DNA from: Craspedostauros australis
Taxonomy: Eukaryota
Assembly (NCBI GenBank): GCA_030167865.1
Contig: JALAGF010000236.1
Coordinates: 1 to 64,000, forward strand
Direction of reading: 5' to 3'
DNA: 64,000 nt
Below the pieces are notes generated by a model that saw only the letters and a list, made by a program, of their open reading frames with translations, was not told where the DNA came from and made no database searches. Positions 26,173 through 37,781 of the stretch are shown here, piece after piece (position 1 is the stretch's first letter; the number at the start of each line of letters is the position of its first letter). Made by a program: the position numbers and the translations under genes.

Positions 26173-29100
26173 ATGCAGAAGATCGTCTCTCTCTTGATCC
26201 TCGCTATCTGGCTGTCTTCGTCGGTTCGCATCGCACTGGCTCTGTCAGCGAAATGGAACGATGACTTCTCCCGGTTCACCGTTCGCCATCAAGTCCCATT
26301 CAATGTTGGCACAGATGTGGACGCAACCATACGCAGGGATGCAGGCGCTACGGATGAAGCAACGCGATCACCACCGCGAATGGAAGAACCGTTGGGGATT
26401 GAATGGGAGGGTAGCCGAGTGGCCGTCTTTGTGAATAGTCTCTGGTGCATTGCTGACGCCAGCGACGATCACAATGGCGAGATATTGCAGCAACAACAAC
26501 AACAACAAGTAATGACAGTGCTGAATACGACACAGACGCGAGGACGGCATCGCGTGATGGGAAACTTCACAAAGCACTCCGTGTTGAGGAGATGTGTCGC
26601 GACGAGGGAGTATTCGCACGGCAAGCAAAGTCAATTCCTCTCTTCGCCAATCAGCACTGTCGTGGAGACGTCCATCATCAATTTTCATTCTCAACGTCAG
26701 ATCATCTTCGAGATCCGATACCCGGATGGCGCCAACGCAACATCGACGGTTGACAGCGCGGGCATGCATGCAACCCAGAATGCGAAAGTGGACGTCGATG
26801 CATCATCCCGCGAGTACGAATATGACGGAGTCTCTACCAACTTTCCTGCGTTCGCATCGCTGCCAACTCTGCGACGGCGAGCACTTCCGAACGAAAGTTC
26901 CGAATCCACTGTGGAACGCAAGATGGCACCGATCAGCTGGGAAGGTTCCTTCGTGCAATCTGTTCGTCGCCATTCGAAGGGACCAGCGGGTGGACCGACG
27001 CTTTGGTACGACACAAGCGATCCATTGATCGCGCAAGTACTTGTTGGAAGTGCATGGGGGAATTGGAAGGCAACATCGAGTGGAAATGGAAGTCTGGCGG
27101 TCCATCTTTCTGGCGATGCAGGTGAAAGCAATGCCTATTCGCACCAAACGCACGCTACCGAAGCTTGGGCCACTGGTCTCAGTGGGAGAATCAAGCAAGC
27201 GCCACGCAATTATCGTCATCGGACGTTGCTGTTCGTTGGAAGAGATGGCGGGATCACGAACACCCTTGATGACTGGGGAAAGCTTCTACAGCGGAGCTTT
27301 GGACCCACCAAGAAGACCGATGGCACACAAATCCAGCCTCGTTTGGATACAAGTGCAGCATCGGTACCGTCGTCCTCATTCAAAATTCATGATGTCACCT
27401 TGGACAAGATCGGATACCAGACAGACAACGGAGCATTTTACTGTTTTTGCCACGAAACGAACTGCTCACAAGTGCTCATCGATACCATCACCACACTCCG
27501 ACTGCGGCACAACATATCCATAGGATACCTGTCATTCCAAGGAGCAGGAGCTTCGACCGGAAGAGGAACGGCCGCACCATGGTGCGTCGATACGTGGGGC
27601 GTTGATGGCGGGCTTGGGCCACAATACCCGCTACCATTGAAAGATCTCTCCGATGCATTGGACGGCATGCCCCTGCAGCTGTACGCGCCATACTTTTGTC
27701 CGAACTCAACCTACTTCTCTCAATCGAATGAGACAGCAATCAGTAGCAACGTTTACTCACGGTACAAGTACAGGCGCAATCATAGCTGCACTCACAACTG
27801 TTCGGCATGGTCATCGGTTTCCTCCGACACTTCATTGCCAGGTTGCGACATATTTGCATTCCAAGATGTCCATCCATCCCAATCGCGATCCTTCTACGAG
27901 TGGTTCTTCCACAAGGGTGCCGAAGTTGGAATGACGAGCTTCGAGCCCGATTTTATGAATCAGAACCACAATTGCGTCCCCGAATTCATCACTTCGACGT
28001 CGAACGTGGACGCCTGGCAACGAGGCATGGCACAGGCAGCGTTGCGTCAAAACGTCTCCGTTCAATGGTGCTACGCAACTCCATCCGATGTGTTAGCTTC
28101 CCTTTCGATGCCCGCGGTGACCAACTTCCGAGTATCCTTCGATTACTGCTACGGAGAATCTTGGAACATTGGAGCGTCATCCCTGTTGGTATGGTCGCTG
28201 GGAGCCGCTCCCTCCAAAGATACGCTCTGGACGACAACGAATAACCGCACGGCGATACCTGGTTGTGAATGGACACCAGATCATGAAGCACCGGCGATGC
28301 CGCTGCACATAGTGCTCGCCTTGATGAGCACGGGGCCGGTTGGTATTTCAGACGGCCTCGGCATGTCCAACAGCACCTTGATCCGAAGGGCTATATCTGC
28401 GGATGGAACGTTGCTGAAACCGTCCAAGGCTATCACGACGATCGACTCCGCCTTCCTGGAAACATCGGTGAGAGGCATTCCGCAAGGCATACACGTCTAT
28501 ACCACATACACGCAGCCGGGTCCATCCTGGATATTTGTATCCTTCAACGTCTCGACGCCTGACCACGCAATCAGGCTTCGTGACTTCTGGCCTCGAGTTG
28601 GAGCGATTGCTGACAGGAATGAGAGCATCATCAACGTTCCATGGCCGATCTTGCTTGTGTACCGTCCCTTTTCTGACCACAATACCTGCAGTCACGGGAT
28701 GAACATTGTCCATACAAGCCCATGCATTCAGCTGGTGCGCGTATCGAACCCTTCGGATCTCACGGAAAGCATCGTCCGAATTCCGTCTTCTTCTTTTTCC
28801 AATGTCACCGGCGGATCCAACCTCGCCCCGCAGGTGATCACCGTATGGCAGCAGTGTCGGGATAATGGTTGGTTTCTGCTGGGCGACTTGACCAAGTATG
28901 TTGCTTTGTCGCCCAAGCGATTCGCCAACGTCAAATGCACAAAGATTTCTGTGTCGGTTACTGTTGTTGGAATGCCAAATGAGATCTTGGAGGTGACCGC
29001 ACTGATGCCAGTGGGGAACGCATCGGCCACTCGATCGTTTTCTCGTTCCACAAAGGAATCGAATGATCGCAATATCGCTTTCCAGGTCGTAACAAAGTCC

Positions 29101-29214
29101 ATTCGTATCTCTGCTGCAGGAAGCATTCAAGTATCATTCGATGATGCCGAGGCTGATCGAAGGCAGGATGAGACGCACTGGCAATACGAGGGTACACAGA
29201 CAAGGAAAGTCTGA
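26173..29214 (+). CDS. Secreted glycoside hydrolase-like protein related to clan GH-D (GH36, raffinose synthase/Sip1)
   Basis: Signal peptide MQKIVSLLILAIWLSSSVRIALA. Motifs SFEPDFM, QWCYA, FRVSFDY, GPVGISD and ADGTLLKP parallel raffinose synthase VKVD, ISCM, RASDDY, GPIYVSD and PDGSILR. Many N-glycosylation sequons. Confidence 0.65.
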   Translation: MQKIVSLLILAIWLSSSVRIALALSAKWNDDFSRFTVRHQVPFNVGTDVDATIRRDAGATDEATRSPPRMEEPLGIEWEGSRVAVFVNSLWCIADASDDHNGEILQQQQQQQVMTVLNTTQTRGRHRVMGNFTKHSVLRRCVATREYSHGKQSQFLSSPISTVVETSIINFHSQRQIIFEIRYPDGANATSTVDSAGMHATQNAKVDVDASSREYEYDGVSTNFPAFASLPTLRRRALPNESSESTVERKMAPISWEGSFVQSVRRHSKGPAGGPTLWYDTSDPLIAQVLVGSAWGNWKATSSGNGSLAVHLSGDAGESNAYSHQTHATEAWATGLSGRIKQAPRNYRHRTLLFVGRDGGITNTLDDWGKLLQRSFGPTKKTDGTQIQPRLDTSAASVPSSSFKIHDVTLDKIGYQTDNGAFYCFCHETNCSQVLIDTITTLRLRHNISIGYLSFQGAGASTGRGTAAPWCVDTWGVDGGLGPQYPLPLKDLSDALDGMPLQLYAPYFCPNSTYFSQSNETAISSNVYSRYKYRRNHSCTHNCSAWSSVSSDTSLPGCDIFAFQDVHPSQSRSFYEWFFHKGAEVGMTSFEPDFMNQNHNCVPEFITSTSNVDAWQRGMAQAALRQNVSVQWCYATPSDVLASLSMPAVTNFRVSFDYCYGESWNIGASSLLVWSLGAAPSKDTLWTTTNNRTAIPGCEWTPDHEAPAMPLHIVLALMSTGPVGISDGLGMSNSTLIRRAISADGTLLKPSKAITTIDSAFLETSVRGIPQGIHVYTTYTQPGPSWIFVSFNVSTPDHAIRLRDFWPRVGAIADRNESIINVPWPILLVYRPFSDHNTCSHGMNIVHTSPCIQLVRVSNPSDLTESIVRIPSSSFSNVTGGSNLAPQVITVWQQCRDNGWFLLGDLTKYVALSPKRFANVKCTKISVSVTVVGMPNEILEVTALMPVGNASATRSFSRSTKESNDRNIAFQVVTKSIRISAAGSIQVSFDDAEADRRQDETHWQYEGTQTRKV

Positions 29215-29523
29215 AGGGGCGGTACTCTGGTCAACGCGAAGCACTCGACCACTACACTCTGCAGAGTCCTCTCCAACTCTGGCCACTCGCTTGTACAACC
29301 TTCGCACAAAAGGAGACATGGTACTCGTGCAGGAGCCACTCTTTGACACATGATCGTGTGCGGCATCTATCGACAAATGAATAAGAAGAGTCGAAGCATG
29401 CAGTGACCGAGGGCGAATGTATCTTTATGAGTAAGATGAAAGGTAACGAAGTATGGTACTTCTACTCGTACCGCAAAGGGCTTGCGATGCTGCCCTTTGA
29501 ACTAACACCAAATGCGTTTGATC

Positions 29524-32316
29524 CTACGTCTTCGATGCCCAGGCGCCCTTCAGTTTCGGAGCGGCGTTGGTTTTCTTAGTGGCGGTGGACTTGACGGCTG
29601 GAAAGTCAGTCTTCAAAGTTGGCCAGCTAGGCGCACCGTGAAGGAGAGGACTGGTCTTGTCGGGTTGTTGTGGATTTGGCGATTGTCTTGTGTTTGCATC
29701 GTGAATGGCTCGGCGCACTTGCGGCGAGCTGTGACTTCTCCAGTTGCTTGAGGGCGACGGTTCTTGGTTTCGCCAATTGCTCGCATTGGATGGTGCGCCA
29801 GTGGATGGGAAAGCAGGTGCTCCTGATGTTGCCAGTTGGTGAATGCCTTTCTGTGTCGGCGGCGTCGCAAATCCAGCCGCTTGACCTTGGGTCTGTCTGG
29901 GTGCCTGCCTCGTACCCGATTGCTGCATTTTGGCGGCCCATGATCCAGGCGATGCGGCTGTCCGCTTTTGTTGCTGTTGCTGAGGTGCGCCCCGCCTTGC
30001 TCCAGCTGCCGGCTGTTGTCTCTGCTGCTGCTGCTGCTGCTGCTGGTAGTATTGTTGCTGCTGTCGATACTGCGCTGATTGTGCGTTCTGCTGCAGATTT
30101 CCTCTCTGATTCCATCCACCAGTAGCTCCGGCAGGTGCGGTCCTTGTACCAGGCAGCGCAGATATGGATGGTGGTTGGACGTTGAATTTTGTGAACGGTT
30201 GTGCCAAGGCGTTCTTCGCTTGTGGACGTTGCTGGGTTGTCGGTTGGCGGGCATTGCGCTTGGTTGTCGCCGTTGACACGGACTGCCACACTTGTTTCTT
30301 TGGTTTGGGTTTCGGCGTAGGTTTCGCCGGCACGAAGGCGGGAGCAAGAGCTGGCTTGGGTGCTGCCTGCGCAGCAATGGAAGGTTCGGCGTTTGTAACT
30401 GTTGCTGGTTTGGATGTGGTTGCATCTTCTTTGACCGCCGGCTTCGTTTGACTTTCATTTGTGGATGCCACATCCCCAAGTGTTGATACCGTCGCCTTGG
30501 ACGACGCTTGTGACGCCGTGTCCGCGTTGGCTTTGTTCTTCTTCTTCTTGCGCTTGCGCGGTGGGCGTTTCTTCTTCTCGGGGACGAGCCGTTCGGTGCT
30601 GGCGGAGGCATCGAAGTCGGCCTTTGACGATGCCGCGTCACTGATGGATTCGCCATCCTCCTCAGGATCTGCATTCCAGTAATGCTCGATGTCCGCCTCA
30701 TCGCGCGTCGGAAGAATGAATTCTTCCTGGATGAAGGAAAATCCACGGAATGCCTCGGAATCGCAGCGTCTGGTTTTGTCGTTGTCGTTGGAGGATAGGA
30801 GGACGACGGATCGTGGCAGCGCCATCTTGGTGAATTCGTCGTGAAAGTTCTTGAGGTCGATGTCGCTCTGCACCGACAGATCGTACGGCGGTGTGATTTG
30901 CTTCTTCTCCAGCTTGTCCCATTGCATGGCCTTGAAGAAATCGGCCTGCTTCAGAGCGGTGACGCCACCGACGGAGAACATGGTCGATTTGGAAACGCCA
31001 AGCCGGGCCTGCACATCGCGGTTGAGCAATCCCTTCAGCAACTTGCAGGCAGCGGCGGAGGAACCTGGTGGCATCTTGACCTTCTCGCTCATGATCTTGC
31101 GGAAGAGCTCCTTGGAACCCTGCTTGGATGAGAAGGGTGGCAGACCGTTGAGCATCTCGTAGGCGATGCAGCCCAGCGACCAGTAGTCCGCAGCCTTGCC
31201 GTAGCCCTTGTGCGCCACCATCTCGGGTGCCATATACTCCTGCGTGCCGCAGATGGTGCGCGCTCTCGACTCGTCATCCCCGGTGTCGGTCCAGTCCGGT
31301 CCAAAGTCCTTGGCGAGGCCGAAATCCGTCAAGCAGACATGGCCGTCGCTGCCCAGCAGGATATTCTCAGGTTTTAAGTCGCGATGCAGAATACCTCTCG
31401 TGTGCAAATGGTCCACGCCCAGGATGATCTCCGCGAGATAGAATGCCGCCTGCGATTCTAGAAATATGCCCTCACGTCCGAGCCGCAGAAAGAGCTCCCC
31501 GCCAGCCAGAAAATCCATGATGATGAAGAGTTTTTCCTTGGTCTGGAAGCAGCAATGCATGCAGACGACGAAGGGATGATTGACACGGGTCAGGATGTTG
31601 CGCTCCGCCTGCACGTTCTCGATGTAACCTTGCTTTCTCTTGAGCAGCCGCTTGGAGATGACCTTCATGGCAAGGACCTGCTTGGATTCCTTGTTTCGGA
31701 CCTGAAGCACCTTGCCGAACGCGCCCATGCCAATGACCTTGAGAAGCTCAAAGTCCTTGGTGGTGACAAATCGAAGCTGGGGATCGGCCTTTGGCTGCTG
31801 TTCTTCCTTTTGCGTTGCCCCTTCCGTTGGCGACGTCCGCATTGCATCCGTTGCTCCTCCAGATGCGGAGAGACTGCTGCCATTCGAACGGTTTGGGCCA
31901 TCTTTCATTGGCGTGGCACTTGAAGAGGAAGCCGCTGCTGCGTCCAAAACTGTCCCTCTGCTTGGGGAGACGGATGAATTCGATGCCCCGTTCTCGCGGA
32001 ACAAACCATTAGCGTCCTTCCTGAAGCCATCGGCGCTATCCCTGATGGATCCATCCAGCGACGTCGTGAGCTCCTGCGAGCGGATGGAAGATCGAAGATC
32101 CTGCGATGTCTCCCTCCGCAAGATGCTGCTGCCATCCGTCCCATCCGTCGCGATGGTGTCCGACAATCGTTTGAACGCCTGAAAGTCCGCATCGACAGCA
32201 TTCCTGCCGTTTGGCAACGACGAGTTCAAGTTCAGACCGTTCGCAAAGCCATCCACGATGTCCGATGCATCGGCGTAGACCGGCTTGCCTCGATTGGAGG
32301 AATTTGGTCGACTCAT
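29524..32316 (-). CDS. S6K: AGC-family Ser/Thr kinase, ribosomal protein S6 kinase-like
   Basis: GMGAFGKV, AMKVI, HRDLKPEN, DFG, TICGTQEYMAPE and AGC hydrophobic motif FRGFSF; long low-complexity C-terminal tail; single exon. Confidence 0.9.
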   Translation of the reverse strand: MSRPNSSNRGKPVYADASDIVDGFANGLNLNSSLPNGRNAVDADFQAFKRLSDTIATDGTDGSSILRRETSQDLRSSIRSQELTTSLDGSIRDSADGFRKDANGLFRENGASNSSVSPSRGTVLDAAAASSSSATPMKDGPNRSNGSSLSASGGATDAMRTSPTEGATQKEEQQPKADPQLRFVTTKDFELLKVIGMGAFGKVLQVRNKESKQVLAMKVISKRLLKRKQGYIENVQAERNILTRVNHPFVVCMHCCFQTKEKLFIIMDFLAGGELFLRLGREGIFLESQAAFYLAEIILGVDHLHTRGILHRDLKPENILLGSDGHVCLTDFGLAKDFGPDWTDTGDDESRARTICGTQEYMAPEMVAHKGYGKAADYWSLGCIAYEMLNGLPPFSSKQGSKELFRKIMSEKVKMPPGSSAAACKLLKGLLNRDVQARLGVSKSTMFSVGGVTALKQADFFKAMQWDKLEKKQITPPYDLSVQSDIDLKNFHDEFTKMALPRSVVLLSSNDNDKTRRCDSEAFRGFSFIQEEFILPTRDEADIEHYWNADPEEDGESISDAASSKADFDASASTERLVPEKKKRPPRKRKKKKNKANADTASQASSKATVSTLGDVASTNESQTKPAVKEDATTSKPATVTNAEPSIAAQAAPKPALAPAFVPAKPTPKPKPKKQVWQSVSTATTKRNARQPTTQQRPQAKNALAQPFTKFNVQPPSISALPGTRTAPAGATGGWNQRGNLQQNAQSAQYRQQQQYYQQQQQQQQRQQPAAGARRGAPQQQQQKRTAASPGSWAAKMQQSGTRQAPRQTQGQAAGFATPPTQKGIHQLATSGAPAFPSTGAPSNASNWRNQEPSPSSNWRSHSSPQVRRAIHDANTRQSPNPQQPDKTSPLLHGAPSWPTLKTDFPAVKSTATKKTNAAPKLKGAWASKT

Positions 32317-33530
32317 CTCGTTTCAGTTGATGCGCTGCTCTTCAGAATCTTGCGGAAAGAAGGTTGTTGGCCGAGCTTTGTGCAGCGTGCGGAGACTTCC
32401 AATCTCGTTGATGGATTGTGCGAAGACCGGAGTTGTGACTGCTTGAGTGCGCAGGTCTAACTCTTCCAGCACGCCGATGTTCGACACAATGCAGTGTGGC
32501 CAATGACGACGAAACGTCACCGACGGCAAGTGTTGGTGATGGATTCGGGAAGAGTAGCTCGTGGAGTGTGGCGTGTGCAAATGAAGAAGAATCTGCTTTC
32601 TCCCCTTCCACTTTTCAGATTCGCAGAAGCCACGATGGCTCTCCCTCTTTCTCAGCCAAAGCTTAGCTGAAGCTCAGACCAGAGCACTTGCCAGATTTCG
32701 CTTTTCCTTGCTTCCTTTGCTTCCTTTGACTCCTCTTTCTCTCTCTGTCACATGCGGTTCACGATGGTCTTCCTCCTTGCTCTCGTCCTTGTCGGAAGTG
32801 TCGGAAGTGTCGGAAGTGTTATGACTGGTCTGTTGCGTGACTTCTCTTCCACGTCTTTGGAATGCTTTTGGAGCAATTGCAATTGTTGTCGTGCGTTTCG
32901 CCACACGCACGAGTGCCGGCATTGTTCTTTGGCGTCGTTGTCGAGTGTGTGGTGGGAGTGAGACGTGACTTTTCATTCACGAACATCAACACGTATTCAA
33001 ATCCGGGATTGCACTTGTCCAAAACATGGACAGTCACATAGCCTTCGTCATCGTGTCTAGATTCATTCATCCAACTCAGATAAACGTCTGCTTGCCCAGT
33101 GTCTGAAACGATCATCAATGTCACCTCCCCCCTGCTGCGTGCTCTTGTTCTTGGGATGGCACTTGCTTCGTAAGGCGCGTGAAGTATAGAACCATGCCCT
33201 TGTGATGGTATTCTACTTTCCAATTTACGAGTAGTATGGTGTTAGTCTATTGATAGCGCGATGTGCGATTGTTCCGAATTGTGTGTGCGTGCTTGTTCTG
33301 CGTTCTTCTGCCATGTTGCACCTGACCTTGCCTTGTGTCTATTGTGGGATGCGCGGTGTGCATGGTATGGTGTGGTACTCTCGTATTATATGTTCCCATC
33401 TGTCTTTACCTTCGTACGCTGTGAGGTCTACTCTCTGTCTAGCTATATCATTTCTTCACAGACTGACTGACTGACTGACTGTCTGGTTGTCAGGGTGTCT
33501 ACCTATCTACCTGCCTCCCTCTCCCTTGGT

Positions 33531-35897
33531 CTACTTGGCGCTGCGTGGCTTCTTCCTCTTGCGTTCAGTTTGTTCGCAGCACCTCTGGCAAAAATCATGG
33601 ATGCGCAGGGACGCTGTCTCCAACACGGAGCCAGGCGACGAGATGACGGCCCTGAACACGTTGGGCACCCCGAATGCACTGCCAGGCAGCACGAACACGT
33701 TCTCTTCCTCGAGCAGCCGCCTGGCGAATTCCGTATCATCCGACAAGCCCAGCTGGCGGCAGTCCACCTTCACGATGACGTACATCGCGCCCTGTGGTGG
33801 GATTACCTCCAGTCCATCGCACCGCGAGATGATGTCGCAGAAGAAGATTGCCTGCTGCTCCAGCGTTTCCTTCACGTTCTTCTTCCACTCTGCCACGCCA
33901 GGTGTAGCTAGCGAGAGCAGAACGGGGACGGCGGCCTGGGCGAGATGTGACGCGCCGAGCTGGATTTGTGCCAGCCGCTTCACGCCGTCCTGGATGCCTT
34001 GCAGGGAGTTGTAGTTGCTGGAACGTTGGCGGCGGGTGGTGGGGATGGTGCATGGCACAAGATACAGCAGAGTACAGCGGAATGTCCAAGAGTCAGCAGA
34101 GCAGAGCAAAGTAGAGTAAAGTGGTAACAGTCATTCGGTGAGATTGGCTAGCTCGCGAGATGCACATGGATGTCCAGAAGATCCTTGAGTTTGAATGCCG
34201 TCCTCTGATCCAGATCATCAGCATGAAGCACGTTGCACGCAGACTCACAGACTCTGTTCATACGCTGCCGTACGCGGTGGGTACGCTCGTGGGCATAGCA
34301 TGCACTGATGCACCCTTCACTTACTTGTCATGGAATGCCAACCAACCGACCCGCCATCCAGGAACGAGAAATTGCTTCGAGATCCCGCTCGCCGTGATGA
34401 CTGGAACCTGCCGTCCCATCTTGGCAGCCACAAGTGCCATGGGATGAAACTTGTGCGGAGCGAATGTGATCTCGCCGTAGATCTCGTCGGACACGATCGG
34501 TAGATGGTGCTTCGCCGCAAAGCTGACGATCTGCTTCAGATGGTACTCAGAGAACACCGCCCCGGTTGGGTTGGATGGGTTGTTGATGATGATGGCGCGC
34601 ACGTTCGTCGATGAAGCCATGATGGATTCGAGATGGTCCATGTCGCACTCCCAGTTCCGGTCCTGCAGCAGGTGGTACTCGATGACCTTGGCTCCATTCG
34701 ATTCCGCGATCATTTGGTACAGCGGGAATCCTGGGTGTGGGACCAGCACGGTCGTTCCTGGATCGAGGAGCGTATCCAACGCCAGTTGCAACGCCCCCGA
34801 GCAACCGTTGGCAATCACGATGTTGTCGGCGCCGATGATGTGCTCGTGGTACGAGTGATGGTGTGCAACAGCCACTCGGGCCTCCGGGGAACCTGAAGCG
34901 TTAAGGTATGATGCAGAGTGGTGTCGTTCGCGCAGAGCACGTGCGACTGCGTCGAGGGCCGCATTGCACGGTTTCAGAGCGGATGAAGCTGCTGGATCAC
35001 ATTGCTGCAACAACCAATGTTGATTTCGGAGGTTGGCAACGAACAGACGATGGTGGAGGATGTTGGATTGAACGCAGTGCATACCATATGAACATGTGTA
35101 TGGGCACATATGCGTGAGCATACCGGAGCGCGTCAACACCATAGCATTTAAGCATGTACGAGCAGGCCAGAAATGCACGGTTGATTGTGAAGATGCAGTT
35201 GTGTATAGAGTAGAATGGACCAGATACATGAACGTGAGTGATGTGCATAGGCATCATACGAGCACAATCGTGCAAGTGAAGACGAATCCAACATAGATTC
35301 GCCATGCAAATGCACAGGCTTCATTCAATCACGGTATTGTGACTTCGCGAGAGGGAAGGTCAATTGCGATCTCCCGTGCCATCCTCCTACCTGGCATCAA
35401 CTTACCGCCAGCGATATCGGGTCCTTCCCGTCTGCTCTTTGGTAGCCCATCTTGATGTCCTTCAAGATGGAATCGATGATTGGCCGGACAGGGTTGATGG
35501 TGCGTTTGGACTTTTCAGATGCGGGGCACTCCCATCCGGTCTCCTGAGCTTGGCTGCCATGCTGCTGGGAATGCAGGCCCTGGAATACTTGCTGTTGAGT
35601 GTAGTAGTAGTTGTGATTGGTCGCTTGACTTCGGTGGTGTTGTTGATGCTGCTGATGGCTGTGGTGGTTATGATTGTGAAGCTGACTGGGTTGCTCCGAA
35701 AGTTTGAGCGGAGCAACTCGGTGATGTTCACCGCGGTTCGCAACGACTGAAGTGGGCGACGGCATGATTCCTTTCTCTTTGGCGTTATGCTTTGCGTCTG
35801 CCACCGTTGCTGTTGCTGTTGTGGATGCTGATGCTGCTCTTCTTCCAATTGGGACAGCAGTGTCGTGATGTGAAGTTGCAGGAAGCGTTCTGTCCAT
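33531..35897 (-). CDS. TAT: Tyrosine aminotransferase family PLP enzyme, 3 exons
   Basis: RTINPVR, NGCSGAL, PGFPLY, INNPSNPTG, SDEIY, GISKQFLVPGWRVGW, PQGAMY and EENVFVLPG. Exons ~35897-35406, 35004-34325 and 34017-33531. Start codon uncertain. Confidence 0.9.
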
Positions 35898-37781
35898 GTG
35901 AAAGCCTTCGTGTGGGACGAGTGGACACGAGTCGTCTTTGTCACAGTGACGATTCAGTGATCCGATGATGGCGCAGGCCAATGGAGGAAGCTGGCTAGAA
36001 CACGCTGGATCGTATCACCAAGCGATAAGGTTGGTTGTCAAGGTTGTGAGAAGGGGTCTCTCGTTGGTCGCAGCTGCCAGTCTGGACCGTTGCTCCTCGT
36101 TGCAGTTGCAGTTGCTGCAGTTGTTGATGGCGATGATGTCGATGTTTGGCGTTGGCGTGTTTATGATGTGATGGCACTGTGTTTGGAGCAGATCACCCGA
36201 GTCTCCCTTTGCGCTGTGCTGTGTGCTTCGGTGAAGTATTGATTTCAGTGTGAGCTCCTTTGGACGAACCTGAAGTGCGTGACTGCAGGAGCCAGAGTGT
36301 CGCGGAATAGTTGATTGTGGGGTTGTGAAAGTGGTGATGTCAACTGCGATGGGGACAATCGGTTGGACACTCCGCTCTCGGTTTCTCACGTCTTCGGAAC
36401 CGTAAACGCGAAAGGTCCGATGCGAAGTCGTTGTTGGTTGCGTGCAACTTGGGAGATGCATGGGTGGTCTGGCGGACAACGACGATGATGACACCACCCT
36501 CTGTGTTGATTGGTGCTGATGTGCCCGTGTGTTTGCGACCTTCGTTGACGGATTCTTTCTCCTTCGCCTCTTGACATGGAGATCGAGCGAGATTCGCTCT
36601 CCACGCTGTTGTTCGTGTTGATGCTGTCATCCCGCGAAAATGTGAGGCCGAAAGTGCAAAACGAGTGATGGGATTCCGTTTAAGGGGGTGGAAACCGCAG
36701 CGGACTTTCATTCGTGTCTGTCGTGACAGCACTTTGATGGCCGGGTTCTTGTTTTGCTCGTTCTTCACCACCAAATGATGACGAGGGTTGGCGTCAGACC
36801 GAAAGATGCGGCCAGGCCCTTGTTCTCCATTTCAGCGACCTGTGTGTCAGGCGAAGACTTTTTGTGTCCATCTGCGCAGATCGGCCCTTGTTGCGTGGCA
36901 CGACCGATGCACTTGCACAGAGGCACGTGTGCAGGCACTTCCAGACGAGCAGATGCACAAGATGCGAGGAACTACAATGCTTCATTGAAGGGATGAAACG
37001 CCACCGGGCGAAGCATGGACGATTCTGTGTTGAAGTCTGCGATTCCACAGCTTCGCACGAGTACGAGAAGAGCAAGATGCACTTAGAACATCTGGCCTCT
37101 CTCTATCTATCATGGTACGGGTGCAATCAAGCACACCAGCAATGGTAGGAACAGCTTGGGATACGCATGCATCATCAGCTTCTTGTTCATTAGCCTCTTG
37201 TTCATCAGCCTGTGTTCTACCGTCCCAGCACGCTCGTACCGTCTCACAGAAAATGACGTTTGCTCTGAGTGAATCTGCAGGTGGCCGTGCATGACTTCTC
37301 GCTGCCTCCGCCATTGCGCAATATCATAGCTCGTACACCATCACTGATGTCTCGTTCCTGATGGCGAGATGGTGGAGGAGATTCATTGGCTTGGATCTCC
37401 AAGAGAGGAGCAGGAGTTGCTTCGGTTTGTGCCGTCTGAGCTGCCAAAATCCTGCCACATCTCCGTTCCATCATGTCAACTTTTGTTCAGCGTCACACCA
37501 TCAACAGCTGGGCCGGGCGAACGTGCTTGTCTGTTTGCTCTTGTGGGCAGTACGGGCTGACTGACATCAGCGATACCCCCATGCACTTGCGACTTGCATG
37601 CTCCCGACACTCGACGGTACAGAACACACCAAAAACGAGTTCCACACGTGACGAAGCTGATGGTGACGCCGATGCTGACGTAATGTCACGTGACCGGACC
37701 GGATGTGTCCTGCGTAACTAGCGCGAGCAGAGTGTGGCGCGATGATCTGTCTGCAACACTACAGCCATGCCGAACTCGCAT

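Noticed and set aside
29613-30746. 377-aa alternative-frame ORF
   Set aside because: Overlaps the low-complexity tail of the S6 kinase; no independent support.
35397-36497. Upstream ORF in frame with TAT exon 1, separated by one TGA (possible readthrough or selenocysteine)
   Set aside because: The upstream ORF has no protein-like features and no SECIS was seen; an in-frame arrangement occurs one time in three by chance.
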